Source: an uncultured Spirochaetota bacterium (lineage in GTDB: Bacteria; Spirochaetota; Spirochaetia; SZUA-6; Fen-1364). From it: DNA of 64,000 nt. The stretch is taken from the NCBI GenBank assembly GCA_963820525.1, contig CAWGAA010000003.1, forward strand, positions 128,001-192,000, read 5' to 3'. The notes under the pieces were generated by a model. The model made no database searches and was not told the origin of the DNA. It saw only the letters and a program-made list of their open reading frames with translations. Made by a program: the position numbers and the translations under genes. Of the stretch, positions 1 through 11,680 are shown piece after piece. Position 1 is the first letter of the stretch. The number at the start of each line of letters is the position of its first letter.

Positions 1-52
1 TGTCGCGGACTGCGACGTGAACCTCTGCAACCCCATGCCGCTCGAGGACTGA
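1..52 (+). CDS. 3' end of an upstream gene (...VADCDVNLCNPMPLED*), product unknown
   Basis: Open frame from position 2 with GC3-rich codons, ending in TGA at 50-52. Confidence 0.45.
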   Translation, partial: VADCDVNLCNPMPLED

Positions 53-135
53 AGCGGGCGGCAAGCCCGCACAGTTTCGCAAGCTCTCTCTCGACAGCGC
101 GCGCGGGAGCGGGGGCTGCGGCGAGCTGTTCGACT

Positions 136-164
136 TTGACAGAGGGCGGCGGTTGACGTACAAT
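136..164 (+). promoter_or_regulatory. sigma70-type promoter for the malQ-GH13 operon
   Basis: TTGACA (136-141), 17-nt spacer, TACAAT (159-164), 22 nt upstream of the ATG. Confidence 0.75.
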
Positions 165-186
165 TGATCCTGCTGGCCGCGCCGTC

Positions 187-2139
187 ATGAAGTTCAGAGA
201 CATTGATCGATATCTCACCGGCCTCTCGGTTCCCGTCTCCGCCCTTCGAAGCTCGGAGAGCTGCGGCGTCGGCGAGTTCGCCGACCTGCCGCTCCTCGGC
301 CGCTTCTGCGCGAAGGCGGGCCTCGACGTCATCCAGATCCTCCCGGTGAACGACACGGGCGCCAACAGCTCTCCCTATAGCGCCCTCTCCGCCTACGCTC
401 TTCACCCCCTCTACCTGCGCCTGGGAGACCTGCCCGGGGCCGCGGCCTATTCCGCAGAGATGAGCGAGTTCCGAAGGCATGCCGAAGAGCGGACGCGGTT
501 CTCCTATCCCGAAGTCCTCGCCTTCAAGATCTCGGTGGCCGAGCGGATCTTCGCCGAGCGCGAGCCTGCCATCCGCAAAGACAGGAAGCTCTCCCGCTGG
601 ATTGACGCCAACCGGTGGGTGATTTCCTATGCAGTATTCAAGACATTGAAGGACTCGCAGGTTACCGAGCCCGGCCGTGCGCTCCCTTCCTTCGATGAAA
701 CGCTCGTTTCCGAGACCTGGAAATCCAACGAAAGCCGCTGTCTCTTTCATGCGTGGATCCAGTTCCAGCTCGAAGCCCAGCTCTCCTCCGCCTCGAAGCG
801 CCTGGAGGAGATGGGCGTGCGCCTGAAGGGGGATATCCCCATCCTCATGAGCGAGGACAGCGCCGACGTATGGGGCTCGCCCCGGTACTTCGATCGTTCA
901 TTCCGAGCAGGCGCCCCTCCCGACATGTATTCCCGGGACGGCCAGAACTGGCGTTTCCCCGTCTATGCCTGGGACGCGCTTGCCCGCGACGACTACGCGT
1001 GGTGGAAAGGCCGGCTCCTGCAGGCTGCCAAGTTTTTCCACGCCTTCAGGATCGACCACGTTCTGGGCTTCTTCCGTATCTGGTGCATCCCCCGGACCGA
1101 GCGGCGGGGGCTCCTTGGCCGCTTCTCTCCCGTGGTGCCCATGGCGCGAGATGCGCTTCGAAACACCGGGTTCGATGACGGCCGCATCCGCTGGCTCTCC
1201 GCCCCGCACTTCCGTGGCGCGGAGATCGAAGCGCGGTTGGGCGCCGATGCCGAAAGGATCCGCCGGCTCTACCTCCTGCGGGTTGGCGATCAAGAGCTTT
1301 TCAACCTGAGAAGCGAGATGGACGGCGAAGAGGCCATCCTGGCCTTGAACGAGCCCGAAGCCGTCAAGGATTTCCTCCTGTCGAAGCACATCGACAGGGC
1401 GCTCATCGCTGTTTCGGAGGAAGAGTTCGTTCCTTCCTGGTATTTCTGGCAGACAACCTCATTCACAGGCATGAGCCAGGAGGAGCAGGCGAATCTCAGG
1501 GAGGCCATCACGGCGAGCCGCGCGGCATCTGAGCGGATCTGGGAGCAGCGCGGGAGGGAGCTCCTGGGGATGCTTCGCGAAACGACCGATATGCTGGTCT
1601 GCGCTGAAGACCTTGGGGACGTTCCCGATTGCGTGCCTCGCGTGCTCTCCGATCTCGGCATCCTGGGGCTTCGCGTTGCGCGCTGGGCGCGCGACTACAA
1701 GGCTCCCGGCGCGCCATTCATTCCCGAGGAGGGCTTCCCGCGCCTGACCGTTTGCACCGCCTCGGTGCACGATACCTCCACCCTCAGAGGCTGGTGGGAG
1801 GAAAGCCCCGCCGAAAGGGAGGCATACTTCCGCCACAGCGGATTCTCGGGAGCATGCCCCGAGCGGCTGAACCGCGGGCTCCTCCTCTCCATCGTCTCAC
1901 GCCTCATGGGCGCCGGCTCCCTTCTCTGCGTCTTTCAGCTCCAGGATCTCCTGGACCTGGAGGAAGCGAACTGGAGCGCGGACCCGCGGGAGGACCGCAT
2001 CAACGTGCCCGGAACCGTCAACGAGAAGAACTGGACCTGGCGCATGCCCCTCACCGTCGAGAGCCTGGCTGAGCGCTCCGAGCCGGCGGCGGCTATCCGG
2101 GCCCTCACGTCGAAACGACAAGGAAGGATCCTCTCATGA
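187..2139 (+). CDS. malQ: 4-alpha-glucanotransferase (amylomaltase, GH77)
   Basis: Motifs QILPVND, SSPYS, KGDIPI, GAPPD, FRIDHVLGFFRIW, AEDLG, HDTSTLRGWW, RINVPGT..NWTWR. Confidence 0.95.
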   Translation: MKFRDIDRYLTGLSVPVSALRSSESCGVGEFADLPLLGRFCAKAGLDVIQILPVNDTGANSSPYSALSAYALHPLYLRLGDLPGAAAYSAEMSEFRRHAEERTRFSYPEVLAFKISVAERIFAEREPAIRKDRKLSRWIDANRWVISYAVFKTLKDSQVTEPGRALPSFDETLVSETWKSNESRCLFHAWIQFQLEAQLSSASKRLEEMGVRLKGDIPILMSEDSADVWGSPRYFDRSFRAGAPPDMYSRDGQNWRFPVYAWDALARDDYAWWKGRLLQAAKFFHAFRIDHVLGFFRIWCIPRTERRGLLGRFSPVVPMARDALRNTGFDDGRIRWLSAPHFRGAEIEARLGADAERIRRLYLLRVGDQELFNLRSEMDGEEAILALNEPEAVKDFLLSKHIDRALIAVSEEEFVPSWYFWQTTSFTGMSQEEQANLREAITASRAASERIWEQRGRELLGMLRETTDMLVCAEDLGDVPDCVPRVLSDLGILGLRVARWARDYKAPGAPFIPEEGFPRLTVCTASVHDTSTLRGWWEESPAEREAYFRHSGFSGACPERLNRGLLLSIVSRLMGAGSLLCVFQLQDLLDLEEANWSADPREDRINVPGTVNEKNWTWRMPLTVESLAERSEPAAAIRALTSKRQGRILS

Positions 2140-5100
2140 GCGAAAAACCTCCCGCAAATCCCACCTTCCACTTCCACATCGCCGCCAAGGCCAGGAACAA
2201 GTATCGATTCCCGGGCGAGCTTTTCGCGATGAGCGGAAACGTTATCTTCGCTGATCTGCACGCCGTGCGCCTGTTTACGCAGAAGATGAACGACGAGCGG
2301 CGCGCCGCGGGGGACACGCGCGCCCTCAGGGCGGGAGACATGAACGCCATGGGGCTCATCGACGAGGTGCTGCACTACGTGAGCCGCCTCTACGTGAAGC
2401 AGGCGGCCCCGCTCGTCTTCGGCAAGGCCCTCGCGTTCGTCAATGACCAGCTGGGAGCCGAGGCCGTCGACAGGGCCCTGCTGCGCTTCCTGGAGGAGTT
2501 TCCGCCTCGCGAGGTGTTCGCGGGCAAGCGGACCGTGGAGGAGTTCCTCCAGGGCGTCGACGGGGAGACTCCCAACCGCGAGATCGTCATCGAAGAGCTT
2601 CTCCACCTGTGGCTTGCCAACGTCAACCCCGCGTTCGGGCCCTTCTGCGAGCTGTTCGACCAGGTGGACGTCGCCTCCCTGCGCGAGCACGGCGAGATGC
2701 TGAAAGCGCTGGGAGACTTCTTCCGCTCGCAGCCCGTGTTCGGCCCCGACAACCAGGATCTCGTCGCGCTGCTCCGCGCGCCCGCCGTGGCCGCCCCGCG
2801 CTCCCTCACGGGGCAGCTGGAGTATATCCGCAGCCGCTGGGGCCACTTGCTTGGAGACCTGCTGTTGAAGCTCCTGATGGGCATCGACCTCATAAAAGAA
2901 GAGGAGAGGCTGCGCTTCGCCTTCTTCAAGCCCGGCCTTCCCGAGGTATACGAGTACGGCGGCCAGTACGCGGAGCCCGAGGCCTTCAGCGCGGACAAGG
3001 ACTGGATGCCCAAGGTCGTGATGCTGGCAAAGAACGCACTGGTATGGCTGGATCAGCTTTCCCGGCGCTCCGGGCGCGCCATCACGCGCCTCGACCAGGT
3101 CCCCGACGAGGAGCTCGACCGGCTGGCCCGCTGGGGCGTCACGGCCCTGTGGCTCATCGGGGTCTGGGAAAGGAGCCGTGCCAGCCGCAGGATCAAACGG
3201 ACGATGGGAAACCCCGAGGCGGAGGCATCCGCCTACTCGCTGTTCGACTACCAGGTTGCCGCGGAGCTCGGCGGGGAAGAGGCGCTGGCGAACCTTCGGG
3301 GCAGGGCGTGGCGCCGCGGCATCAGGCTTGCGAGCGACATGGTCCCCAACCATACGGGAATCGACTCGCGCTGGATGATCGAGCACCCCGACAGGTTTCT
3401 CGCCTATCCCCGGCCCTACCCGCCCTTCCCCTCCTACTCCTTCAACGGATCGAACCTGGTGGATGATCCGCGTGTCGGCGTATTCCTGGAGGACCATTAC
3501 TACACCAGGAGCGACGCCGCCGTGGTGTTCAAGCGCGTCGACTTCGCCACCGGCGACGCCCGCTATATCTACCATGGAAACGACGGCACCCACATGCCGT
3601 GGAACGACACGGCGCAGCTCGACTTCCTCAACCCCGAGACCCGCGAGGCGGTGATCCGGACCATCCTCCACGTGGCATCGCTTTTCCCCATCATACGGTT
3701 CGACGCGGCCATGACCCTCACCAAGAGGCACTACCAGCGCCTCTGGTTCCCGGAACCCGGCCGGGGGGAGATATCCCCTCGAGGGCGGAGTGCGGCCTCT
3801 CGCGCTTCGACTTCGACCATGCGATGCCCAACGAGTTCTGGCGCGAGGTGGTGGACCGCGTGGCGGCCGAGGCGCCCGACACGCTCCTCCTGGCCGAGGC
3901 CTTCTGGCTCCTGGAGGGGTTCTTCGTGCGCACCCTGGGCATGCATCGCGTGTACAACAGCGCGTTCATGAACATGCTGAAGGCGGAGGAGAACGCCAAC
4001 TACCGCCAGACCATCAAGAACACGATGGAGTTCGACCCCGAGGTGCTCAAGCGCTTCGTCAACTTCATGAGCAACCCCGACGAGGACACCGCCATTGCCC
4101 AGTTCGGAGACGGGGATAAATACTTCGGCGTCTGTACGCTCATGGCCACCATGCCGGGGCTTCCCATGTTCGCCCACGGCCAGGTGGAGGGCCTGCGGGA
4201 GAAGTACGGCATGGAGTTCCACCATGCCTACTGGAACGAGAGCCCCAACGAGGGCTTCATGCGGCGCCACGAGAGGGAGATCTTCCCCCTGCTGAAGAAG
4301 CGCTACCTCTTCTGCGGCGTGGACGCTTTCCAGCTCTACGACTTCTTCGACCCGGGCGGCTGGGTGAACGAGGACGTCTTCGCCTACTCCAACAGGAGCG
4401 GCGGCGAACGCGCTCTCGTTGTCTACAACAACGCCTACCGCGAGGCGCGGGGCTGGATCAGGACCTCGGCCGCGTTTTCCGTGAAGGGACCGGGCGGCAA
4501 GACCCTCGTGCAGCGGCATCTCGGGGAGGGGCTTGCCCTTTCAAACTCCGAGAGGGCCTTCGCGGTCTTCCGCGAGCATTCAAGCGGGCTGGAGTTCATG
4601 CGGAGCTGCCGGGAGCTGCGGGAAAAAGGGATGTTCGTGGAGCTGCACGCCTACCAGAGCCAGGTCTTCCTCGACTTCCGGGAAGTGGGAGACGATTCCA
4701 AGGGCCGCTGGTCGCGCCTCTGTGGAGAGCTCGCCGGACGGGGAGCGCCAAGCATCGACATTGCCTTCCGCGAGATGGAGCTGCGCCCCGTGCTTTCCCC
4801 CTTCCGCTCGCTCGTCAATGCGGATACGTGCCGCGAGCTTCTTTCCGCGGTAGGAGAAAAGGAAGGCGCGGCGAAAAAAGGAGCCGCGGGCAAAGCGACC
4901 AAAGCGGGCGCCTCTAAGAAAACAACGAAACCACCGGCCGCGGACAAGAGGAAAACCGCCACGGAAGGCGACGCAAAGAGGCTCCTGGCAGAGATCGAAG
5001 GCCGCTACCGCGGATTTCTCGCCGGGGTGAAGGAGCTGGCGCCGGACGCCGTCGATCAGGAGCGATCGTTTTCTGAGTTCGAGCGCCTCCTGCCGGCCAT

Positions 5101-5794
5101 CGGCGCGGCCGGGGAAGAGCTCCTCTCGAAGGTCTTCCCGGCGCTCTGGGCGTGGGCAGTTTTGGAGCCCATCCGCGCTCCAAGGCCGGCGGAGAATGCC
5201 GGGCCTGTCGCGGGCGGCGCAAAGGCCGCACGCGATGCTGGATCAATAGCGGGCGGCGCGAAGGCCGCGGGCGAAGGCCGGCCTGAGGCCGCCGGTTGCC
5301 CCGCTGTTTCCTGGCTGGATGAATGGATGCTGGGAGCCGTGATCCGGGACTGCTGCTCAGCCGCGGCCTGGGACGGGGAAACCGCGTCTCGGGCACAGGC
5401 CCTCGTCTCGGTGCTCCTCGAAAGCGGCGGTCGGCGGCCAACCGCATCGGAGCTCAAGAGGCTTTCGGCGCGGCAGGAAACCGAAGGTTTCCTGCGCGTC
5501 CACTCGTCCGAAGGGACGCGGTGGTTCCACAAGGAATCCCTGGACCTGCTCCTGGGCGGGCTTTCCGCTTGCGGCCTGGCAGCCGGCGCTGCGGCGGGAA
5601 CGACAAGCCCGGCCGAAGCTCTGAAGAAGGACCGCGCTTTCATCGCCTCGTGCCTCACCAAGGCCGAGGAGTCGGGCTACAAGTGGGACGCCTTCCTCCA
5701 ATCGCTCGTTGAAAGGCCGAAAAAGACGCTCCCGTCCGCAGGGACCGCGCGCGGGAAGCCGGCCTCCGGCGGGCGCGCAAGAAAGAAGGCCTGA
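2136..5794 (+). CDS. Large alpha-amylase family (GH13) protein, split by a frameshift at the G6 run 3763-3768
   Basis: DMVPNHTG, IRFDAAM, LLLAEAFW and NPDE motifs are spread over ORFs 2136..3971 and 3599..5794. One extra G restores WFPEPGRGGDIPSRAE. ATGA overlap with malQ. Confidence 0.85.
5210..5268 (+). repeat. Intragenic tandem duplication with 39-bp period (AGGAKAA x2)
   Basis: gcgggcggcgcaaaggccgc at 5210 and gcgggcggcgcgaaggccgc at 5249. Confidence 0.7.
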
Positions 5795-5840
5795 CGCCGG
5801 GAACACAGAGAGGACTCTGGGCGCGCCGGAAAACTAACAT

Positions 5841-6496
5841 TCACGAGCCTGCCCTTCCGATGAAGCCAATATCCTTCAACCACGTCTCACAGAGCTTCGT
5901 CCACGCGCTCAGAGTGGGATTCTCCCGGGCGAGCGCGGTTCCATGCGGGCCATCCAAAAATACATGGAGATCGAACGGCACACCATGGCGGGACAGCGCT
6001 TCAGCGAATATGAGGCTGTGGGTGACAGGGACGATCGGATCGTTTGCAGTGTGATAGATGAATGTCGGCGGAGTGTCCGCGGCCACATGCTCTTCATCTG
6101 AGAACTCACGCAGGAACTCCTCAGGCAGCTTCTGGCTTCGCGACCACCATTTGAACGTGATCCACGGATAGCACAGCACGTGCCGGGTCGATGTCGAATC
6201 GAGCGGCATTGAAGCGGATGAAACGCACGGCCCGCCGCGCGTTCGAGCAGCGAGATGTCCGGAGTATAGGGATGCACGCGATAGCTCAATAGGAAAGCCG
6301 AAATCCCCATTCCGGAAAGCCAAAGCGCGATCGGTTCTGATTCGTGGGCTACTCTCTCCGTGTAGTTTCCCCCCGGGCACACGATCATGGCTGAAGTCGT
6401 GCGACGGCTCTTGACGGGATATGGCGTGATTCCCGGGGGATCATCGGGGAAATCGGCGCGATACTTCGGGATAGTATCTTCCCAGAGTCGAATCAT
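5841..6496 (-). pseudogene. alpha/beta hydrolase (carbohydrate esterase-like) with frameshift and internal deletion
   Basis: N-part IVCPGG, LSYRV, RAVRFIR..FDIDP and C-part LCYP, TPPTFIYHTAND..V...HS, GPHG are present. The GxSxG nucleophile segment between them is missing at about 6180. Confidence 0.75.
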
Positions 6497-6561
6497 GCGG
6501 CGGGTCTCCTTTCGCTATTGGAGGCGTGAGCCGCGGGCGGTCGATTTGGACCCGGCTCCCC

Positions 6562-7155
6562 CTAATCTTTCAGCGCTGCTCCGAGGATAGTGTACCTCGA
6601 CTCGCGGCAGTCTTTCAGCTGGCGAAGTCCCGCATCATCCAGGGCCGCTCGAAACTCAGGACCGTGAAAGCGGTCTTCTCTCGGGTGGGCGAGGATGAGC
6701 CGGAAAATGAAGCCGGCGTACAGGGGCGGGAAAATCTCTTCAAAGCAGAACAACCCGCCCCGCTTGAGCACCCGCGCGATCTCTCCGACCCCGCGCCGCC
6801 AGTCCTCCAGGTGATGGAGTATGCCGAAATCGAACACGCCGTCCATGCTTGAATCCGCGAAGGGGAGATCCTCGGCATCCGCGACCGTGAAAAACAGCCC
6901 GGAGGCGCCGTTTTCACCGAATCGCCTCAGGGCCTTCCTTATCATGTCAGGGTCGATATCGATGGCATCCAATCGCCGGGGACGGTATGCGGCCTGGATC
7001 AGCCGGGCGCCGACCCCGCGCCCACAGCCAACCTCGAGGATTCGCGCTCCCGCCTGCAGGTCCCGCAGGCCCTTGAAGAAGCGGAGCTCTCCGGCCTGGA
7101 AGGGGATCCGCCACGGCCCATTCACCCAAACCCTTTCGACCCAGTTCGTCTTCAT
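6562..7155 (-). CDS. Class I SAM-dependent methyltransferase
   Basis: ILEVGCGRG, ADAEDLPFADSSMD, ILHH, EIARVLKRGG. Confidence 0.9.
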   Translation of the reverse strand: MKTNWVERVWVNGPWRIPFQAGELRFFKGLRDLQAGARILEVGCGRGVGARLIQAAYRPRRLDAIDIDPDMIRKALRRFGENGASGLFFTVADAEDLPFADSSMDGVFDFGILHHLEDWRRGVGEIARVLKRGGLFCFEEIFPPLYAGFIFRLILAHPREDRFHGPEFRAALDDAGLRQLKDCRESRYTILGAALKD

Positions 7156-7317
7156 GCCCGGCTCTTTCTCCGCCCCGGCAACTGCCCAAGGGTCCTTTTC
7201 ACGATAACGCAAAGTTATCCTTTTTTCATCTCGCTTTCATGGCTTGTGCCGTCACCCGGCCCGTATTTTTCAGGTTAGATCGGCTCAAGCCGAGTGAGGT
7301 GGAATATGAAATAATGG

Positions 7318-8703
7318 ATGAGGTTGGCAATCGCCGCAGCCGCGGTTATCGCGGTCGCACTGGTCGGGCTGTTCTGGCTTCGCCCGCTCATTTTCCACGG
7401 ACCCGAGGTCCAATACCGCACGGTGCCCGTCGGGTACGCGGACATCACGGCTGCGGTAGAGGAGACGGGGACGATAAACCCCGTCAATCAAGTCCTCGTG
7501 GGGAGCGAGGCTTCGGGGATGATCAAAACCCTCAACGCCGATTTCAATTCAGTGGTGAAAAAGGGCCAGGTCCTGGCCACTCTCGATTCGACAACCCTCC
7601 AGGCAGCCGTGGACTCAGCCACGGCAAACCTCGCCCTTGCCCGGGCCAACCTGAACAGCGCTCGGGTGAACGTCGATAAAATGAAGGACCAGCTCGACCT
7701 GGCCAACATGACCCTCCAGAGAGAGGAGCCGCTGGTGAAGCAGGGCCTGGCCGCCCAGAGCCAGCTGGATGCTGACACAACGGCCGCAGAGACCGCCAAG
7801 CAGGATTATCTCTCTGCACAGTCCGCGGTGCAGGTGGCCCAGGCGCAGGTTTCCGTAATAGAGGGTGCCCTCGAGCAGGCGCGGTACAACCTTTCCCGCA
7901 CGGTCATCAAGAGCCCCATCGACGGCATTGTCATGGCGCGAAACGTCAGCGTAGGGCAGACCGTGGCAGCCTCTCTTCAGACGCCCACCCTCTTCATCCT
8001 CGCCACGAACCTCACCGACATGCAGGTGGACACGTCCGTGGACGAGGCGGACGTGGGAAGCGTCCACAAGGGACAGCCGGCGTCCATTACGGTGACGGCG
8101 TTCCCCAACGTCACGTTCTCCGGGACCGTGGAACAAGTCAGGGTGAATCCCACGACCGTCCAGAACGTCGTCACCTATGACGCGGTGATCGCCGTCCACG
8201 ACACTTCAGGCAGGCTTCTGCCCGGCATGACGGCGCAGGTGAAGGTCGAAGTGGGAAAGCAGGCGCACGTGCTCTCCATTCCGATTGCAGCGGTCCTCTA
8301 CCGCCCCCTTCCCGCCCGAGCCTCCGGCGGCTCTGGGGGAGGCGGCTTCGGTGGAGCCGCGGCCGCTGGATTCATCCAGAGCGGAACTCCCGCCGGCCCT
8401 CCGGTGGCAGGTGCTCCGGGATCAAGGGTGACGGTGTGGACCCTGCGGGAAGGGCGGCCTGTCCCCGTTCAGGTTGTCATCGGGCTTTCGGACGGGAAGA
8501 ACATCGAGATCACGAGCGGCAGCCTGCATGAAGGAGACCAGCTTATCATCGCACAACGAAGCGGAGGGGACGGCGGGAATCAAAGGGGAGGACAGGGAAG
8601 CTCGGGCGGTGCAGCCCCTTCGGCGGGGGGCGGCGGGGGGCCTTCCGGCGGGGGTAGCTCGGCGGCACACTCGGACGGCGCCCAAAGGCAGGCACGGCCA
8701 TGA
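7318..8703 (+). CDS. MacA-like membrane fusion / periplasmic adaptor
   Basis: N-terminal anchor, VGSEASG..ADFNSVVKKGQVLA, IKSPIDG, GQTVAASLQTPTLF, LLPGMTA, Gly-rich tail. The RBS-aligned ATG at 7306 is followed by an in-frame TAA. Confidence 0.92.
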   Translation: MRLAIAAAAVIAVALVGLFWLRPLIFHGPEVQYRTVPVGYADITAAVEETGTINPVNQVLVGSEASGMIKTLNADFNSVVKKGQVLATLDSTTLQAAVDSATANLALARANLNSARVNVDKMKDQLDLANMTLQREEPLVKQGLAAQSQLDADTTAAETAKQDYLSAQSAVQVAQAQVSVIEGALEQARYNLSRTVIKSPIDGIVMARNVSVGQTVAASLQTPTLFILATNLTDMQVDTSVDEADVGSVHKGQPASITVTAFPNVTFSGTVEQVRVNPTTVQNVVTYDAVIAVHDTSGRLLPGMTAQVKVEVGKQAHVLSIPIAAVLYRPLPARASGGSGGGGFGGAAAAGFIQSGTPAGPPVAGAPGSRVTVWTLREGRPVPVQVVIGLSDGKNIEITSGSLHEGDQLIIAQRSGGDGGNQRGGQGSSGGAAPSAGGGGGPSGGGSSAAHSDGAQRQARP

Positions 8704-9530
8704 ATCCGAGGAAGGTAAACGGTGCGTTCCTTGCGGCGGAGCTCCAGGGCACCGGGGGGCTGCCCGCCGTCAAAGGTCATCCGTTCATCGAGGTGAAAAA
8801 CTTCGTGAAGATCTATGGTGAAGGCCCGGCCGCCGTCCAGGCGCTGGGAGGCGTGAGCCTGGAGGTCAGAGAGGGCGAATTCGTCTCCATCATGGGACCG
8901 TCGGGCTCAGGAAAGTCCACGTTCATGCACCTTCTCGGCTGCCTGGACCGTCCCACGTCAGGGTCGTACAGGCTTGCCGGAACCGAGGTGTCCGGGTTGT
9001 CGCGCGACCAGCTTGCCCGAATCAGGAATCAGCAGATCGGTTTCGTCTTCCAGAGCTTCAACCTCCTGCCCCGCACTTCGGCGCTCGAGAACGTGGAGCT
9101 TCCCATGCTTTACTGCGGAATCCCCCGCGAGAAGAGGGTGGGCAGGGCGCGCGAGCTCCTCGAGCGGGTCGGGCTTGGGGATCGCATCGATCACAGGTCG
9201 AATGAGCTTTCGGGAGGTCAGCAGCAGCGTGTCGCCATTGCCCGCGCCATGGCAATCGGCGCTCCGCTTCTCATGGCGGACGAACCCACGGGAAACCTCG
9301 ACAGCGCGAGCAGCGTGGAAATCATGACGCTGTTCCGCAGCCTCAATCGCGATCAGGGGATCACCGTGATCGTGGTTACCCATGCGACCGACGTCGCTGC
9401 CTGGTCGAACCGGATCGTCGGCTTCCGCGACGGCCGCGTTGTGGAAGACCGTCCAGCGGCGGAAGCCATCCCGGCGGAGCTGCGCGCGGTGACGCGGCTC
9501 GCCGCGTCGCAGAAGAGGGTACAACCATGA
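8700..9530 (+). CDS. MacB/LolD-type ABC ATPase
   Basis: GPSGSGKST, IGFVFQSFNLL, LSGGQQQRVAIARA, ADEPTGNLD. Confidence 0.95.
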   Translation: MNPRKVNGAFLAAELQGTGGLPAVKGHPFIEVKNFVKIYGEGPAAVQALGGVSLEVREGEFVSIMGPSGSGKSTFMHLLGCLDRPTSGSYRLAGTEVSGLSRDQLARIRNQQIGFVFQSFNLLPRTSALENVELPMLYCGIPREKRVGRARELLERVGLGDRIDHRSNELSGGQQQRVAIARAMAIGAPLLMADEPTGNLDSASSVEIMTLFRSLNRDQGITVIVVTHATDVAAWSNRIVGFRDGRVVEDRPAAEAIPAELRAVTRLAASQKRVQP

Positions 9531-10740
9531 ATCTCGTCGCCCTGTTTCGAATTGCCTGGCAGGCTTTGCGGCGCAATGTCGCCCGCTCCATCCTGACAAT
9601 GCTCGGCATCATCATCGGCGTGGGGGCAGTGATAACCTCCATGGCGATCGGGGCCGGAGCGGAGGCGGCGGTGCTGCGACAGATCGAGAGCTTAGGAGCC
9701 AACCTGATCGTCGTGACTCCCGGAAGCATCACCAGCGGAGGAGTCAGCCTGGGCAGCGGCACCAGGACTTCGCTGAAGAACGGCGACGTCGAAGCCATCG
9801 CCTCCATCGTTCCCGAGTCGAAGCGGCCGCCCCGTACTCCCAGACCAACGCACAGGTGGTGGCCGGCGGTTCCAACTGGTTCACTACAATAGGGGGCACA
9901 ACCCCGGCTTGGACGACCGTCGGCAACTGGCAGCTGGCCAACGGAGGTTTCACGACCGGCGAGGTTGATCAGGCCGCGAAGGTCGCTGTCCTGGGGAGCA
10001 CCGTGGCGCAGAACCTCTTCCCCACCGGCGGCGCCGATGGCAGGATGATCGTGATCCGCAATGTCCCCTTCCTCGTGACCGGGGTATTGAGTCCGAAGGG
10101 TCAATCCGGCTTCGGCCGCGATCAGGACGATGTCGTTATCGTGCCCATCACCACCCTGCAGGACAGGCTGATGGGACAGAATTGGATCAACAGCATCATG
10201 GCCTCCGCCGTATCGCCGGATGCCGTTCCCGGCGTGGTGGATTCCACGGAGCGGCTGCTGCGGCTGGAGCACCACCTCACCGCCCAGGCGCCAGACGACT
10301 TCACCATCCGAAACGTCGCCAACGTCCAGCAGGTGCGCATTGCCACGTCCCAGACCCAGGCGCTCCTCCTTGCCGCAATCGCCGTCGTCTCCCTGGTGGT
10401 CGGAGGCATCGGCATCATGAATATCATGCTCGTGTCCGTCACGGAGCGAACGCGGGAGATCGGCCTGCGCATGGCCGTCGGCGCCCGCGGCCGGGACATC
10501 CTGCTTCAGTTCATCGTGGAAGCGCTGACCCTCGCCTGCATCGGAGGCGTCATCGGCATCGCCATGGGGTTCGGCATCTCCGGGCTCGTATCCATCATAG
10601 GCCATTGGCCCGTGTTGGTCTCCGCCTTCTCCGTCTTGCTGGGCTTCCTGTCCGCGCTGTTCATCGGCGTCGTGTTCGGATTCTACCCGGCGCAGAGGGC
10701 GGCGGCGCTCGATCCCATCGTGGCCCTGCGCTACGAATGA
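9527..10740 (+). CDS. MacB/FtsX-type ABC permease, frameshifted near 9815-9850
   Basis: RSILTMLGIIIGVGAV in the 5' ORF; VGGIGIMNIMLVSVTERTREIGLRMAVGA and LDPIVALRYE in the 3' ORF. Confidence 0.9.
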
Positions 10741-10804
10741 CGGGAGCGGCGGCTCTACCGCGCCGTGGCCGGCGCGAAAGTCGGATTTGCCTGTCGCGAA
10801 AGGA

Positions 10805-11680
10805 TCAGGAGACCCTTTGAGTGCCCCGGCAAGGGTCCCCCTCAGAATCCAGCGGTGGCCGATGATGTAGAGGATCACGGTGGGTGCAGCGGAGATGATC
10901 GCAGCCGCCGAGTACCTGGGCATGTGGTCAACGCCGTACTGGCTCAGGAACTGGCCATGCGCAGCTGCATGGTGAAGAGCGCCGGTTGTTGAGCATGACC
11001 AGGCTGAGCAGGTAGTCGCTCCACGCGCCTATGAAGACGAGGATGACGGCAAGAATCGTCGCGGGTCTCGCCAGGGGCAGCATGATGCGGAAAAAGGTGC
11101 CCGAATGCCCGGCGCCGTCGATGCTGCGCGCATCGGCAAGCTCTCCGGGGAGGTTCTTGAAGAACGAGCGGTAGATCATGGTCCAGAAGGAGACGCCGAA
11201 CGCCGACATGGGGAGGAAGAGGCCGGGCAGCGTGTCCGCGAGGTCGAAGGCGGCGCTCATCCTGTGCAGGGGGAGCAGGACCATCTGGACCGGAACGAAG
11301 AACCCGGCCAGGATGACGTAGAAGAGGACTTCCGTGATCTTGCTCTTGTAGCGGGCGAAGACATAGCCGGCCATCGCGGAGAGCGGCACGGTGCAAACGA
11401 TCGCCCCGGGGCAGACGATAAAGGTGTTGATCATTCCCCGACCGATCTGTACCGCCTTCCAGGCCTGAACGAAATTGTCCCAGCGGATCGCCTTGGGCAG
11501 CGCCCAGGGGTTGTAGGTGTATTCCAGCCGGGTCTTGAAGACGAAGAAGAACGGCAGGATGAGCGGCACGATGACCGCCAGCGCGAAAGCGAGCAGGATC
11601 GCGGTGATCACGATGGACGGGAACTTGCCGCGGGATTCGAAGCCGCGACCGTTCCGTCCCTGTCATGGATGATGTCGTTC
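10805..11680 (-). CDS. Carbohydrate ABC permease (MalG-like), several frameshifts, ends approximate
   Basis: MAGYVFAR, EAA-like ADARSIDGAG..FFRIMLPLARP, FIGAWSDYL, and C-terminal RWILRGTLAGALKG in another frame. Confidence 0.8.

Noticed and set aside
3763..3768. Programmed frameshift or phase variation at the G6 run in GH13
   Set aside because: The run is short, and similar indels recur in unrelated genes, so sequencing error is simpler.
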